DNA of 63,392 bases, filler included, from Acidimicrobiia bacterium (GTDB lineage Bacteria > Actinomycetota > Acidimicrobiia > Spongiisociales > JAENVV01), in assembly GCA_041577335.1 (NCBI GenBank). It is 6 parts of 6 records of this genome, joined end to end, with 100 filler letters (N's around TTAATTAATTAA, not from the genome) between each part and the next. Parts side by side here need not be neighbours in the genome. Positions count along the whole stretch, not along the records: positions 1 to 11,742 come from JBFGJH010000081.1; 5 more parts are not named here. The stretch is one strand, 5' to 3'. The position numbers and the translations under genes were made by a program. Shown here one piece after another: positions 1 to 10,225 of the stretch (within the stretch, counting starts at the first letter, position 1; each line of letters starts with the position of its first letter). The notes beneath the pieces were generated by a model. That model saw only the letters and a program-made list of their open reading frames with translations, did no database searches and had not been told where the DNA came from.

Positions 1-2
1 AT

Positions 3-731
3 GGCCCAATCGAGCTCGTCGTCGAAATGCTGGCCGCGGTCTACGACGACCTGGAGCTCCACATTCACGACGCGACCTGGACCGAGGACGGCACGGGCCT
101 CTGGCTGGCCGCCTGGGACGCCGGAGTGGTCCTGCTCGACACGACCGATCCCGCCCAGCCGAGCATGGTCACCGCCTTCGGCTTCGACCCCGAGACCGAG
201 GGCAACGCCCACTCCGTCGCCGCGGACTCCGCCGCCGGGCTTCTCATCCGCAACGACCAGGACCTGATAAACGCCGATGTAGGCCGCCACGGCCCCGGCT
301 GGGGCGGACAGCGCTTCTACGACGTCTCGGACCCGACGGCAGTTGTCGAGCTGAGCACCTTCATGACCGAGCGGGCGACGCCCGATAGCCGCGGCAGCGC
401 CCGGCACACCGACGGGCGGTACTCGGCCCACAACGCCCAGATCGTCGACGGCATCGAATACGTGGCTTGGTACTCGGACGGAGTCCGGATCGTCGACATT
501 TCCGACCCGACGGCGCCGGGGGAACTCGGGTCGTTCGTGCCTCCCGCCCGGGTGGACCCGCAGGGATACTGGGACGCACCCGATGGGACACGGGCGTTCG
601 CCATGGTTTGGGGCGTCCATGTCGCCGACGATCTGATCTACGTCAGCGACATGCACTCGGGCCTTTGGATCGTCCGGTATATCTCGCCGGAGCCGGAGAT
701 GGAGGCTGCATCCGGCCGACCCAAGCTCTAG
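3..731 (+). CDS. LVIVD-repeat beta-propeller protein (5' truncated by window edge)
   Basis: The frame is open from position 3. Repeated motifs AAWDAGVVLLDTTDP, AWYSDGVRIVDISDP and YVSDMHSGLWIV are typical of LVIVD repeats. Confidence 0.75.
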   Translation, partial: GPIELVVEMLAAVYDDLELHIHDATWTEDGTGLWLAAWDAGVVLLDTTDPAQPSMVTAFGFDPETEGNAHSVAADSAAGLLIRNDQDLINADVGRHGPGWGGQRFYDVSDPTAVVELSTFMTERATPDSRGSARHTDGRYSAHNAQIVDGIEYVAWYSDGVRIVDISDPTAPGELGSFVPPARVDPQGYWDAPDGTRAFAMVWGVHVADDLIYVSDMHSGLWIVRYISPEPEMEAASGRPKL

Positions 732-784
732 GAATCCGTCTCCGGCCCGCCTCGTCCCACCAGAATATGCAATCGGCTCTAGCC

Positions 785-802
785 GCTTGGAACGTTCCAA
801 GC
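785..802. promoter_or_regulatory. LacI-type operator, copy 1 (GCTTGGAACGTTCCAAGC)
   Basis: Perfect 18-bp palindrome with central CG, next to a TAATGT -10-like hexamer (803-808) upstream of the transaldolase. The 12-bp core recurs three more times in this contig. Confidence 0.8.
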
Positions 803-871
803 TAATGTGGGCCCAGATGATCCTGCGGAGACGCGTCTCTGGGACGCGAGCAGTCGAGCCGGGAGAGTGAG

Positions 872-1963
872 ATGCTGGAAACCGAGTTCAAGAGCCCTCT
901 TCACCAAACTGTGGCGACCACCAAGACGGACTTCTGGAATGATTCTTGTTCGGTGTCCGAGCTGACCTACGCCATCGAGCACGGCGCGGTGGGCGCCACG
1001 AGCAATCCGACGATCGTCGAGCAGGTGCTCAGGCTCGAGCGGGACCTGTGGGTGGACCGCATTCATGAGTTGATCGGATCAAACCCGTCATGGACCGACG
1101 AAGACGTGATGTGGAAGGTCTTTGAGGAGATCGGTGTCAAAGGCGCCGAGCTCCTGCTGCCCGTATTCGAGCGCGAGGGCGGCTTGAAGGGAAGGCTGTC
1201 CATACAGACCAATCCCTCCAACTATCGCAATGTCGGTCGTATGGTCGACCAGGCCGTCCACTTCGCCGCACTCGCTCCCAATATGCAGGTGAAGCTGCCG
1301 GTGACCAGTCGGGGTTTGGTGGCCATCGAAGAAGCGACCTATCGGGGGATCAACATCAACGCCACGGTCAGCTTCACCGTTGCCCAGGCGATTGCCGTCG
1401 GTGAGGCTGTCGATCGGGGCCTCGAACGGCGCCACACCGCCGGGCTCCCCACCGACGACATGAGCCCCGTCTGCACGATCATGGTGGGCAGGACCGATGA
1501 CTGGATCGGAGTCGTCACCAAACGGGACGGCATCACGGTCAACCCGGGGTATCTGCCCTGGGCCGGGGTCGCCGTCTTCAAGAAGGCGTACGAGATCTTC
1601 CAGCAACGCGGCTTCCGGGCTCGACTGCTGGCCGCGGCCTACCGCCATCATCTCCATTGGTCGGAGCTCATCGGAGCCGACGCCATTCTCACGATTCCCT
1701 CGAGCTGGCAGAAGCTGTTCAACTCATCGCAGGTTGAGGTGCGGGAGCGCATGGATGAGCCCGTCGCTCCTGAGATCGTCGCCGAGCTCTGCGAGCGCGT
1801 CCCCGACTTCCGCAGGGCTTACGACGCCGACGGCATGACTCCGGACGAGTTCGACACCTACGGGGCGACCGTCCGCACCCTCCGCGGCTTCATCGCTTCC
1901 TACCATGAGCTCATCAGGGTGATCCGCGAGGACTTCATGCTCCCCAACCCGGATGTGAATTAG
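872..1963 (+). CDS. Transaldolase-family protein (atypical active site)
   Basis: Motifs FWNDS, GATSNPT, NMQVKLP (Schiff-base Lys), GININAT and VGRTDD. Confidence 0.85.
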   Translation: MLETEFKSPLHQTVATTKTDFWNDSCSVSELTYAIEHGAVGATSNPTIVEQVLRLERDLWVDRIHELIGSNPSWTDEDVMWKVFEEIGVKGAELLLPVFEREGGLKGRLSIQTNPSNYRNVGRMVDQAVHFAALAPNMQVKLPVTSRGLVAIEEATYRGININATVSFTVAQAIAVGEAVDRGLERRHTAGLPTDDMSPVCTIMVGRTDDWIGVVTKRDGITVNPGYLPWAGVAVFKKAYEIFQQRGFRARLLAAAYRHHLHWSELIGADAILTIPSSWQKLFNSSQVEVRERMDEPVAPEIVAELCERVPDFRRAYDADGMTPDEFDTYGATVRTLRGFIASYHELIRVIREDFMLPNPDVN

Positions 1964-1984
1964 GCACGGCCGGATAGGTGCCGC

Positions 1985-2392
1985 TCAGCCAAGTGGCACA
2001 TCCAGCGCGGCCGCGACTTTTTCCAGGTCGGTGGCGCCGATCACTACCCGATCGCCGGTGGCCAGGTACATGATGAAGAGCTTGGCTCCGGCGTCGGCCA
2101 CCTTTCGGGCGATATCCCCCAGGGCGCCGGGTCGGGGAACGAAGTCGATGACGAGCACCGAACGTCGGTCGAGGGGCATGAAGCCGGTGGCCCGCAATGC
2201 ATCGTGGGCGGCGTCGCCGTCATCGTCGGAGACCACGACATGAACGACCCGTCCATCGACCCGAGGGAAAGTGCACGAGGCTTCCATCTGAATCGACGCC
2301 TCACCGAGAATATCCCATATCTCGGCTACAGCCCTGTCTTCTCCGACCACAAAAGTGAGGTCCTGCATCGAATTCCCTTCTTCGTTCGTCAT
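1985..2392 (-). CDS. Small ACT-domain protein
   Basis: PRPGALGDIARKVADAG ACT signature. The ATG at 2392 overlaps the iolB stop (ATGA); an alternative start at 2368 has an AAGGG RBS. Confidence 0.7.
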   Translation of the reverse strand: MTNEEGNSMQDLTFVVGEDRAVAEIWDILGEASIQMEASCTFPRVDGRVVHVVVSDDDGDAAHDALRATGFMPLDRRSVLVIDFVPRPGALGDIARKVADAGAKLFIMYLATGDRVVIGATDLEKVAAALDVPLG

Positions 2393-3243
2393 TGCCGCGC
2401 CGTAGCCAAGGGCAGACGCGGGTCCGGTTCTAGCTCCTCGAGCGCAGCGCGCGCCCAAGCGTGGACCGGATCGTCGCAGAAGCGCCAGACGCGCTCCGGC
2501 GACGGACCGGCCATGACATTCAAGTAATACATGTGGTGTCCCGGGGTCGCCGCCGCCGGGCCGTGGAAACCGCGCGGCACCAGGAACGTGTCGCCGTCAC
2601 GCACCGTCACGGTCTCGTCGATCGAACCATCCTGCGTGTAACAACTGAAGAACCCGGTGCCGCCGTCCCCGGCGATCATGAAGTAGTAGATCTCTTCGAG
2701 AGCAACCTCGACATCCGACATCTCGTCATGCTTGTGCGGAGGGTACGAGGACCAACCGCCCTCGGGCGTGATGACTTCGACGGCAATGAGCTTGTCCGCC
2801 TCCCACTGGTCGGCGCTCAGGAAGTTGTTGATCTGGCGGCTGGCGCTGCCGCCGCCCCGCACCTCGACGGAAATGTCTACTGCAGGTACTTGGTACGGGT
2901 CGATCTTTCGAGTTGCCTCGGCGCTGCACAAGGCGAACTGCCCACCGGTGGAGGACGTGATACGGAGCTCTGTGTCAATCGGCGCGTAGACAAAGCCGCT
3001 GACACCGGAGAACACTCCCTGGCGCCCGGGTATGGCAAAGGCCTTGTTGTCAATCTCGACGGTGCACCCGCCGAACAGCGGCAAGATGGCGATCTCGGTC
3101 GATTCAGTGGCGAGCTCGATGCTCGCATCCGCGGCCAAGTCGAGCACTCGCAGGCCGCAGTACGCCCAGCCGGCTCGGGCCGCGTCGATTCGGAGCGAGT
3201 ACCGCCCGTCTTCTGCCGTGCCCGCGGGGTAGAGGAGTTGCAA
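2389..3243 (-). CDS. iolB: 5-deoxy-glucuronate isomerase
   Basis: WSSYPPHKHD, LEEIYYF, VPRGFHGP and YYLNVMAGP motifs of IolB; inositol context. Confidence 0.92.
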   Translation of the reverse strand: MQLLYPAGTAEDGRYSLRIDAARAGWAYCGLRVLDLAADASIELATESTEIAILPLFGGCTVEIDNKAFAIPGRQGVFSGVSGFVYAPIDTELRITSSTGGQFALCSAEATRKIDPYQVPAVDISVEVRGGGSASRQINNFLSADQWEADKLIAVEVITPEGGWSSYPPHKHDEMSDVEVALEEIYYFMIAGDGGTGFFSCYTQDGSIDETVTVRDGDTFLVPRGFHGPAAATPGHHMYYLNVMAGPSPERVWRFCDDPVHAWARAALEELEPDPRLPLATARQ

Positions 3244-3257
3244 GATGGCTCCGCTAG

Positions 3258-3269
3258 TGGAACGTTCCA
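3258..3269. promoter_or_regulatory. LacI-type operator, copy 2 (TGGAACGTTCCA)
   Basis: Exact palindrome between the predicted iolB promoter and the iolB start. Confidence 0.8.
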
Positions 3270-3280
3270 GTCGAGCGGCA

Positions 3281-3310
3281 AACCTAATATGGCGGAACTC
3301 GCACTGTCAA
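3281..3310 (-). promoter_or_regulatory. Sigma-70-type promoter of iolB
   Basis: Minus strand TTGACA (3310-3305), 18-nt spacer, TAGGTT (3286-3281). Confidence 0.65.
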
Positions 3311-3355
3311 CGTTGTTGGCCGACAGCGCTCGCGTCTTGCCGGAGCGAAAACCGT

Positions 3356-3385
3356 TTGACAGGCGGCTGCGAGAGCGTTTAGCGT
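3356..3385 (+). promoter_or_regulatory. Sigma-70-type promoter of the iolG-iolE-ABC operon
   Basis: TTGACA (3356-3361), 18-nt spacer, TAGCGT (3380-3385). Confidence 0.65.
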
Positions 3386-3395
3386 GCTCGGATGT

Positions 3396-3407
3396 TGGAA
3401 CGTTCCA
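3396..3407. promoter_or_regulatory. LacI-type operator, copy 3 (TGGAACGTTCCA)
   Basis: Exact palindrome just downstream of the predicted -10, a repressor position. Confidence 0.8.
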
Positions 3408-3455
3408 CGTCCGACCGGATCGTACCGTTCGGCGAAGGCAGCTGATGGGAGACGG

Positions 3456-4445
3456 ATGAGGGTCGGTCTTATTGGTGCGGGACGGATCGGCAATCTCCAC
3501 GGTCGAGCGCTGGCAAACCATCCCGAGGTGACGCAGGTCATCGTCACCGATCCCTTGCCCGAGCGGGCCGCGGCGCTAGCCGCCGACATTGGCGGGACGG
3601 CGGTAGCCGACGTTGATTCGATGGTTTCCGACATCGATGCCATGGTCGTGACCGCCGCCACCGATGCCCACGCCCCGATGATGCATCTTGCTGCGGAGGC
3701 AGGCCTTCCCGTCTTCTGCGAGAAGCCCATTGCCGGCGACCTGGCGGCAACCGATGGCGTCGTCCAACACCTCCGCGAGAAGCAGATCCCGGCGCAGATC
3801 GGGTTCCAGCGTCGATTCGACGCCGGCTACCAGGCGGCCAAGGCGCTGGTGGACGACGGGACGCTCGGCCACCTCTACGCGTTGCGCACCACGACCCACG
3901 ATTACGAGCCGCCACCGCCCGGCTACCACGACACCGGTATTTACCGTGACACCCAGATTCACGATTTCGACATCATTCGCTTCGTGACGGGGCAAGAAGC
4001 TGTCGAGGTTTACGCCGACGGCTTCGCCACGACGACAGAGCCCTTCGGCCCGGAACGGCCGATCGACACCGGAGTCGTCATCCTGACCCTCAGCGAGGGC
4101 ACGCGTGCTCTGATGTCGGGTATTCGACATGACCCCGTCGGCCACGACGTGCGGATGGAGCTGTTTGGCTCCCGTGACAGCGTTGGTGTGGGGCTCGAGC
4201 CCAGCCTCCCGCTTCGTTCCGTCGAGCCGGGGGTAGCCGGACCTGCGGAACCCACCCCCAAGAGTTTTCTCGATCGCTTCGGCCCTGCCTATAGCGCCGA
4301 AATCGATCGATTCATCGATGTCGCCCTGGGGCGAGCACCAAGCCCTTGCACACCGGAGGATGCTCGAGAAGCACTGCGGATCGCCATCGCCTGCGATGAA
4401 TCGCGCGCCGAGCATCGGCCAGTCCGAATGGAGGACATCCTATGA
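3456..4445 (+). CDS. iolG: Gfo/Idh/MocA oxidoreductase, myo-inositol 2-dehydrogenase-like
   Basis: GAGRIG Rossmann motif, CEKP, GFQRRFD, DTQIHDFD; translationally coupled to iolE. Confidence 0.75.
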   Translation: MRVGLIGAGRIGNLHGRALANHPEVTQVIVTDPLPERAAALAADIGGTAVADVDSMVSDIDAMVVTAATDAHAPMMHLAAEAGLPVFCEKPIAGDLAATDGVVQHLREKQIPAQIGFQRRFDAGYQAAKALVDDGTLGHLYALRTTTHDYEPPPPGYHDTGIYRDTQIHDFDIIRFVTGQEAVEVYADGFATTTEPFGPERPIDTGVVILTLSEGTRALMSGIRHDPVGHDVRMELFGSRDSVGVGLEPSLPLRSVEPGVAGPAEPTPKSFLDRFGPAYSAEIDRFIDVALGRAPSPCTPEDAREALRIAIACDESRAEHRPVRMEDIL

Positions 4446-5323
4446 CCAGCATGATGTCGCGCATCGCAGGAGCTCCGATCACGTGGGGGGTGGACGCGTC
4501 CCCCGGGTGGGGTTACCTAATGGATGCCGACCGAGTTCTCGACGAGATGGCTGACGTCGGCTTACGTGCGACCGAGCTTGGACCGGACGGCTATCTGCCG
4601 ACCGATCCGGGCGAGCTCCACGCGAAACTCGACAACTACGGGCTCGAACTTGTCGGCGGGTTCGTTCCAGCCGTACTACATCATCCGGAACGGGCCGAGA
4701 AGGAACTGGGCTATGTGCGCCGTGCCTCACGCACCCTGGCAGGGTGTGGAGCGAGCGTCCTCGTGCTCGGTCCTGGATCGGGACTAGACGGCTACGACAC
4801 CTCGATCGAGATGTCGGAGCGCGAGTGGTTCTCCTTCCTGGATACCCTGAAGCAGGTGATTGAGCTCGCGGCCGACGAGGGCCTTACGGTGGCGCTTCAC
4901 CAGCACTGGGGCATGGCGATTGAGAAGCAGCGTCACATGGAGCGTCTCATCGCCGAAAGCGACGTGGCGTTCTGCCTCGACACGGGTCATCTGTATCTCG
5001 GCGGAGTCGATCCGGTTGCCATCGCTCGAGCGGCACGTGGGCGGGTAGCACACGTCCACCTCAAGGATGTCGATCGCCAGATGGCTGAGAAGGTGCGGAG
5101 CGGCGAGTTGGCGTTCCGCCAAGCCGTCATCGATGGGATCTTCAAACCGCTTGGGTACGGTGACGTCGATATTGCGGGTTTTATACGCACCCTGGAGGAC
5201 TCCGGCTTCGCCGGCTGGTACGTTCTCGAGCAAGACAAAGTCCTCGAGGCTGATCCGACGTCAGGAAAGGGACCGATCGAGGACGCCAAGAGGAGCTTTG
5301 AATACCTAGAGGCACTCACATAG
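4442..5323 (+). CDS. iolE: Myo-inosose-2 dehydratase (TIM barrel)
   Basis: APITWGV, ATELGP, CLDTGHL, HVHLKDV and WYVLEQD motifs. Confidence 0.8.
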   Translation: MTSMMSRIAGAPITWGVDASPGWGYLMDADRVLDEMADVGLRATELGPDGYLPTDPGELHAKLDNYGLELVGGFVPAVLHHPERAEKELGYVRRASRTLAGCGASVLVLGPGSGLDGYDTSIEMSEREWFSFLDTLKQVIELAADEGLTVALHQHWGMAIEKQRHMERLIAESDVAFCLDTGHLYLGGVDPVAIARAARGRVAHVHLKDVDRQMAEKVRSGELAFRQAVIDGIFKPLGYGDVDIAGFIRTLEDSGFAGWYVLEQDKVLEADPTSGKGPIEDAKRSFEYLEALT

Positions 5324-5406
5324 GAAGGTTTGTCCCGGCGGCAACCGCAGCCGGGGCGGAAGGGCCCACTGTTGTGGGTCACCCAAAACGGAGGAGGAAG
5401 AAGGAT

Positions 5407-6426
5407 ATGCAGAGAAAAGTCTGGCCAGCGATCCTGCTGGCATTCGCGCTGGTTGTAGCCGCCTGCGGCGGCGACGACGCCACAACAACCACCGCGGCAG
5501 GTGGAGGTGACGATGCGACAACAACGACGGCCGGTGGCGCGGTAACCCAGCGCAGCTTGCGCTTCGTTGTGGTTTCCCATGGACAGGCATCTGACCCGTT
5601 CTGGTCGGTGGCGGCCAACGGCGTCAGCGATGCGGCCGACGACATGGGTGTGACGGTCGAGTACCAGGCGCCCGGCACGTTCGACATGGTCGAGATGAGC
5701 CAGATCATCGACGCGGCCGTCGCTTCCCAGCCTGACGGGCTGGTTGTGACGATCCCCGATGCTGCCGCTCTCGGTGACTCGATTCGTGCAGCCGTTGCCG
5801 CAGGAATACCGGTCATCTCGATGAACTCGGGTAGCGATGACTTCGCCGACCTCGGCGTTTTGGTCCATGTTGGCCAGACGGAGTACGCGGCCGGCCTCAT
5901 TGCCGGCCAGCGGTTCAAGGCCGAAGGCGTTGGCAGTGCCATTTGTATCAACCAAGAGGTTGGTAACACGGCCTTGGACGACCGCTGTCAGGGCTTCGAG
6001 GATGGTCTCGAGGTCGAGGTGAACGTCATTCCGGTGGATCTCTCCGATCCGACCGGTACTCAGGAGACGGTTTCTGGTTCGCTCCAGGCCAACCCTGTGG
6101 ACGGCGTCCTCACCCTCGGTCCGACCGGTGCGCTGCCGACCTTGGCCGCGCTGGAAGACAACGGCCTGCTGGGAACGACCAAGCTGGCAACCTTCGACTT
6201 GGGCCCAGAGGTACTCCAGGCCATCGTTGACGGCGAAATGCTGTTCGCCATCGATCAGGCGCAGTACCTGCAGGGCTATCTGCCGGTCGTGCTGCTGACC
6301 AAGTTCTCTGAGACTGGAGCCCTGCCACTCGGCAGTGTCGACCGTGTCATTTTGACTGGTCCGCAGATTGTGACCAGCGACGTCGCAGGCGATGTAATCG
6401 AATTCTCGGAGCAAGGCCTCCGCTAA
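5407..6426 (+). CDS. Sugar (inositol) ABC transporter substrate-binding lipoprotein
   Basis: Signal peptide with VAAC lipobox, Thr-rich linker, [12 protein letters not shown] and [10 protein letters not shown]. Confidence 0.9.
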   Translation: MQRKVWPAILLAFALVVAACGGDDATTTTAAGGGDDATTTTAGGAVTQRSLRFVVVSHGQASDPFWSVAANGVSDAADDMGVTVEYQAPGTFDMVEMSQIIDAAVASQPDGLVVTIPDAAALGDSIRAAVAAGIPVISMNSGSDDFADLGVLVHVGQTEYAAGLIAGQRFKAEGVGSAICINQEVGNTALDDRCQGFEDGLEVEVNVIPVDLSDPTGTQETVSGSLQANPVDGVLTLGPTGALPTLAALEDNGLLGTTKLATFDLGPEVLQAIVDGEMLFAIDQAQYLQGYLPVVLLTKFSETGALPLGSVDRVILTGPQIVTSDVAGDVIEFSEQGLR

Positions 6427-6438
6427 CCATATGAACTG

Positions 6439-6466
6439 GCTGGGACCCGCTGCGGCGGGTCCCAGC
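6439..6466 (+). terminator. Intercistronic stem-loop after the binding-protein gene
   Basis: GCTGGGACCCGC-TGCG-GCGGGTCCCAGC, 12-bp stem with no U tract; more likely an mRNA stabiliser or partial terminator. Confidence 0.5.
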
Positions 6467-6495
6467 TGTATTCGAGACAATGGAGGGAGGATTGC

Positions 6496-7572
6496 GTGAC
6501 CACTGAAACGGCGCCGGCAACAGCGCCGGCACCACCGAGCGACGAAAGGGTCAGGAAGGTCGGGGTCTTGAGCCGGCTGCTGGTTCGTCCCGAGGTTGGG
6601 GCTATCGCCGGAACCGGCCTGATCTGGCTGTTCTTTGCGATCGTCGCATGGGACAACAACTTTGTGAGCTGGGTGACCACGGCGGCGATCTTCAACCGGG
6701 CGGCGCCGCTTGGCATTCTTGCCATTGCAGTAGCGCTTCTCATGATCGGCGGCGAGTTCGACCTATCGATCGGATCGATAGTCGGCTTCGCCGGCATGAC
6801 CATAATGATTCTGGTCTTTCCGACCGAGGGTGGCGGGTTTGGCTGGTCGCTGTGGCCGGCGATCTTTGTTGCCCTTGCCTTCTCGTTGGTGATCGGTTTG
6901 TTCAATGGATGGTTGGTGATAGCAACCAAGTTGCCATCATTCATCATCACACTCGGCACACTATTCGTCTTTCGCGGCTTGACCATTGCAGTGACCCGAC
7001 TCATGACGAATCGCACCCAACTGGGTGGCGCCGACGAGGTTTCTGGTTTCGGGCTGGCCGATTCGCTGTTTGCCGCCGAAATCAAAGTGTTTGGAGCATC
7101 ATTCAGAATCTCCATCCTTTGGTGGATAGCGTTGACCGCGCTGGCGACCTGGGTTTTGCTGCGAACCAAGCAAGGCAACTGGATCTTTGGGTCCGGTGGC
7201 GATGCGAACTCAGCCCGTAACCAGGGCGTGCCCGTGGACCGAACCAAGATCGCGCTCTTCATGACGACGGCGTTTGCCGGCTTTTTGGTGGCGATGATCC
7301 AGGTCGTGCAGTTCACCGGCGCCGACACCCTGCGGGGAAGGCAGCAGGAGTTCTTTGCGATTATTGCGGTGGTCATCGGAGGCACCTTGCTCACCGGTGG
7401 CTATGGATCAGCAATCGGCGCGTTCTTCGGCGCATTGATCTTTGCCATGGTGCAGCAGGGCATCATCATCACGGGCGTCGACGGTGACTGGTTCCAGGTA
7501 TTCGTCGGCGGAATCCTCATCATCGCCGTGATATTCAACAATTTCGTCCGAGCGAAGGCGGCACAACGATGA
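6496..7572 (+). CDS. Sugar ABC transporter permease (RbsC family)
   Basis: Multiple TM helices, GEFDLSIGS and [15 protein letters not shown]. Confidence 0.92.
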   Translation: MTTETAPATAPAPPSDERVRKVGVLSRLLVRPEVGAIAGTGLIWLFFAIVAWDNNFVSWVTTAAIFNRAAPLGILAIAVALLMIGGEFDLSIGSIVGFAGMTIMILVFPTEGGGFGWSLWPAIFVALAFSLVIGLFNGWLVIATKLPSFIITLGTLFVFRGLTIAVTRLMTNRTQLGGADEVSGFGLADSLFAAEIKVFGASFRISILWWIALTALATWVLLRTKQGNWIFGSGGDANSARNQGVPVDRTKIALFMTTAFAGFLVAMIQVVQFTGADTLRGRQQEFFAIIAVVIGGTLLTGGYGSAIGAFFGALIFAMVQQGIIITGVDGDWFQVFVGGILIIAVIFNNFVRAKAAQR

Positions 7573-8435
7573 GTGGCAACGGCACCCCCCTGCTGGAGAT
7601 CAGGAACGTCGCCAAGTTCTTCGGAAGCGTCATCGCGCTACAGGACGTTTCGGCGTTTGTGCGTGCCGGAGAGGTCACTTGCTTGCTCGGCGACAACGGC
7701 GCCGGCAAGTCGACATTGATCAAGGTCCTCGCCGGGGTCCACAAGCCAACCGAAGGCGAGTATTTCTTCGACGGTCAGTCGATGGACTTCAGCTCGCCGC
7801 GCGACGCTCTCGACCACGGAATCGCAACCGTGTATCAGGATCTAGCCATGATCCCGTTGATGGCGGTGTGGCGGAACTTCTTCCTGGGTGCGGAACCCAC
7901 CAAGGGTTGGGGTCCGTTCAAGCGCTACGACGTTGATTTCGCCAAAGAGACCTCAATCAACGAGCTCGGCAAGATGGGAATCGACATTCGCGACCCCGAC
8001 CAAACGGTCGGAACTCTGTCCGGTGGTGAACGCCAGTCCGTGGCAATTGCCCGGGCGGTTTACTTCGGCGCCAAGGTGCTGATCCTCGACGAGCCGACCG
8101 CGGCTCTCGGTGTCAAGCAAGCCGGTGTGGTTCTCAAGTACATCTTGCAGGCGAGGAACCGCGGCATTGGTGTGATCTTCATCACCCACAACCCGCACCA
8201 TGCCTATCCGGTCGCAGACCACTTCGTGATTCTGCGCCGGGGAACGGTGTACGGCGATTACACGAAGGAAGAACTTCCACTCGAGCAGCTGGTCCAGATG
8301 ATGGCCGGCGGCGCCGACCTCGAGGTCCTCCAGCACGAGCTGGAGGCAGCCTCACGCGAGGGCGGAGATGAAGCCGAGGCATTGGCCGAGACGGCCAAGA
8401 AGATCGGCTCGGAGTTGGAAGAGCTCGGAGAATAG
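7569..8435 (+). CDS. Sugar ABC transporter ATP-binding protein
   Basis: GDNGAGKST Walker A, LSGGERQ signature, ILDEPT Walker B. Confidence 0.95.
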   Translation: MSGNGTPLLEIRNVAKFFGSVIALQDVSAFVRAGEVTCLLGDNGAGKSTLIKVLAGVHKPTEGEYFFDGQSMDFSSPRDALDHGIATVYQDLAMIPLMAVWRNFFLGAEPTKGWGPFKRYDVDFAKETSINELGKMGIDIRDPDQTVGTLSGGERQSVAIARAVYFGAKVLILDEPTAALGVKQAGVVLKYILQARNRGIGVIFITHNPHHAYPVADHFVILRRGTVYGDYTKEELPLEQLVQMMAGGADLEVLQHELEAASREGGDEAEALAETAKKIGSELEELGE

Positions 8436-8470
8436 GACGTGGACTGGTCGTGATCGGGCGTGGTGTCCGG

Positions 8471-9013
8471 TCACGACCCCAGTCCCCAATTTCGGACGAC
8501 CTCTATCGCGTCTGCCTTCAACAGGATCCCTCCCTGGTGGGTGCGTCTCTCTTCGATCATCTCGACGGTGGCTTCGGCGTACTGCTCGGATGGGGTGGTT
8601 TCCCAGGTGGCTCCCTCGAACCAGGCTGCTTCAGGCGGAAACCCCTGTGCCCTCAGGAAGTCGGCGCGGAGTTCGATCTGTTCGGTGCAGGTGAACTCGA
8701 GATGATGGGCGAACTCGTGGATGAGCTCGCTGCGCAGAGTTGCCGGGGTACCCGGTACCCGCACCACCAGCGTCGAGGTGTCCGGCCGGTACTCGGCCCG
8801 GGTGTCGAGTACCCAGGCCGCTTCGAGGGTGACCGAGGTGATGCAACCGAGTCGAGCCGGGTGTGCCGCCAGAAAGTCGTCCCAGGTTTCGTCGCCGAGG
8901 TCGCGCAAATCAGAGGGCACGCCGTCGGCGTAGATCAACTCGGGAGCGCGGTCCCGGCGGGCGAGCAGGGTTGCTGCGGCGGCTACCGCAACGAGCAGCA
9001 GGGCAAGTGTCAT
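8471..9013 (-). CDS. Secreted or membrane-anchored HEXXH zinc metallopeptidase-like protein
   Basis: Hydrophobic N-terminus, LIHEFAHH and downstream PSEQYAE; start uncertain (9013 or 9025). Confidence 0.6.
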   Translation of the reverse strand: MTLALLLVAVAAAATLLARRDRAPELIYADGVPSDLRDLGDETWDDFLAAHPARLGCITSVTLEAAWVLDTRAEYRPDTSTLVVRVPGTPATLRSELIHEFAHHLEFTCTEQIELRADFLRAQGFPPEAAWFEGATWETTPSEQYAEATVEMIEERRTHQGGILLKADAIEVVRNWGLGS

Positions 9014-9176
9014 GGTGCGACGCACCGGGCAAGGATAATGATTGCGTGTGACGGCAGAAGGGAGGGAGAGCTCGGATCGCGGGTGTTCGCGGCGCGGCGC
9101 TTGCGCGAGTAACGCCTGCGGGTCATTTCGATCGGCAGGTGGTATCGCCGGCTGAACCGGCAGGTCGAGAAACGTC

Positions 9177-9188
9177 TGGAACGTTCCA
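9177..9188. promoter_or_regulatory. LacI-type operator, copy 4 (TGGAACGTTCCA)
   Basis: Exact palindrome 11 nt upstream of a TATAGT -10 (9200-9205) that precedes the 9235 operon. Confidence 0.8.
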
Positions 9189-9234
9189 ACGGTGAGCGTT
9201 ATAGTCCGCTGGGAGAGGCGAATCGGAGGGTCCG

Positions 9235-10215
9235 TTGGGCGGGTCGAAGCCAGATGTGTGGTTCGAGCGGGAGATCCTGCCCGACCTCGTCGAGTCAGTT
9301 GTCGCCCAGGCTTCGATCCTCGGCCCGGCAGGCGCCACTCCCGATGATCCCTACCGCGCCCTGCCGACCGCGATGGGGATCGTCGCCTCCACCCATCGCT
9401 ATGACGCGACGTTGATGGACATGGCACCACGGCTGCGAGTGATCTCTCGCACCGGTATCGGCTACGAGAAGGTCGATATCGCCGCGGCAACCGCCCGCGG
9501 CGTCGCGATCTGCAATACCCCCGATGCACCCACCGTTTCCACTGCCGAGCACGCCGTCACCTTGCTGATGATGGTCGCCAAGAACGTCAAACGTTCCGAA
9601 GCCGAGCTTCGTGGCGGCGGAACCGACTTCTACGCACGGCATGTCGGGATCGAGCTGGATGGACTGACTATCGGATTGCTCGGATTCGGCCGCATCGCCC
9701 GCAAGGTGGCAACCATTGTCGGAGGCCTCAACATGAAAGTGGCCGCCTACGATCCTTTCATCGACGTGGCGGCATTTCCACCCCTCGTCACTCGTTGTAT
9801 GACGATCGAGGATCTCTTGGCGCGCTCCGATGTAGTCTCGATTCACATCCCGCTCACCGATGACAGCGCCGGGATGTTCGATTCCGCAATCATCGGAGCG
9901 ATGAAGCCGGGATCGATTCTCATCAATACCGCCCGCGGTGGCATTGTCGATGCGAAGGCGCTGCAGGCGGCGTTGGACTCGGGTCACCTGTATGGAGCCG
10001 GGCTCGACGTGACCGACCCAGAGCCGCTGCCGCCGGGCCACCCGCTCCTCGACCGCAGCGACGTGGTGGTTACCCCCCATGTCGGCGCCGGTACGGCCAA
10101 CGCCAAACGCCGGATTTTCGGGTCGGCGTTCCGGCAAGTGATGCAGGTTCTCAATGGTCAGAGGCCCTCGCATCTGATCAACCCGGAGGTGTGGGATCGG
10201 CCTCGGGTGAAATGA
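9235..10215 (+). CDS. D-isomer-specific 2-hydroxyacid dehydrogenase (SerA-like)
   Basis: RTGIGY, GFGRIA, LINTARGG, GLDVTDPEP and TPHVG motifs. Confidence 0.9.
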   Translation: MGGSKPDVWFEREILPDLVESVVAQASILGPAGATPDDPYRALPTAMGIVASTHRYDATLMDMAPRLRVISRTGIGYEKVDIAAATARGVAICNTPDAPTVSTAEHAVTLLMMVAKNVKRSEAELRGGGTDFYARHVGIELDGLTIGLLGFGRIARKVATIVGGLNMKVAAYDPFIDVAAFPPLVTRCMTIEDLLARSDVVSIHIPLTDDSAGMFDSAIIGAMKPGSILINTARGGIVDAKALQAALDSGHLYGAGLDVTDPEPLPPGHPLLDRSDVVVTPHVGAGTANAKRRIFGSAFRQVMQVLNGQRPSHLINPEVWDRPRVK

Positions 10216-10225
10216 GCTAGGAGAG

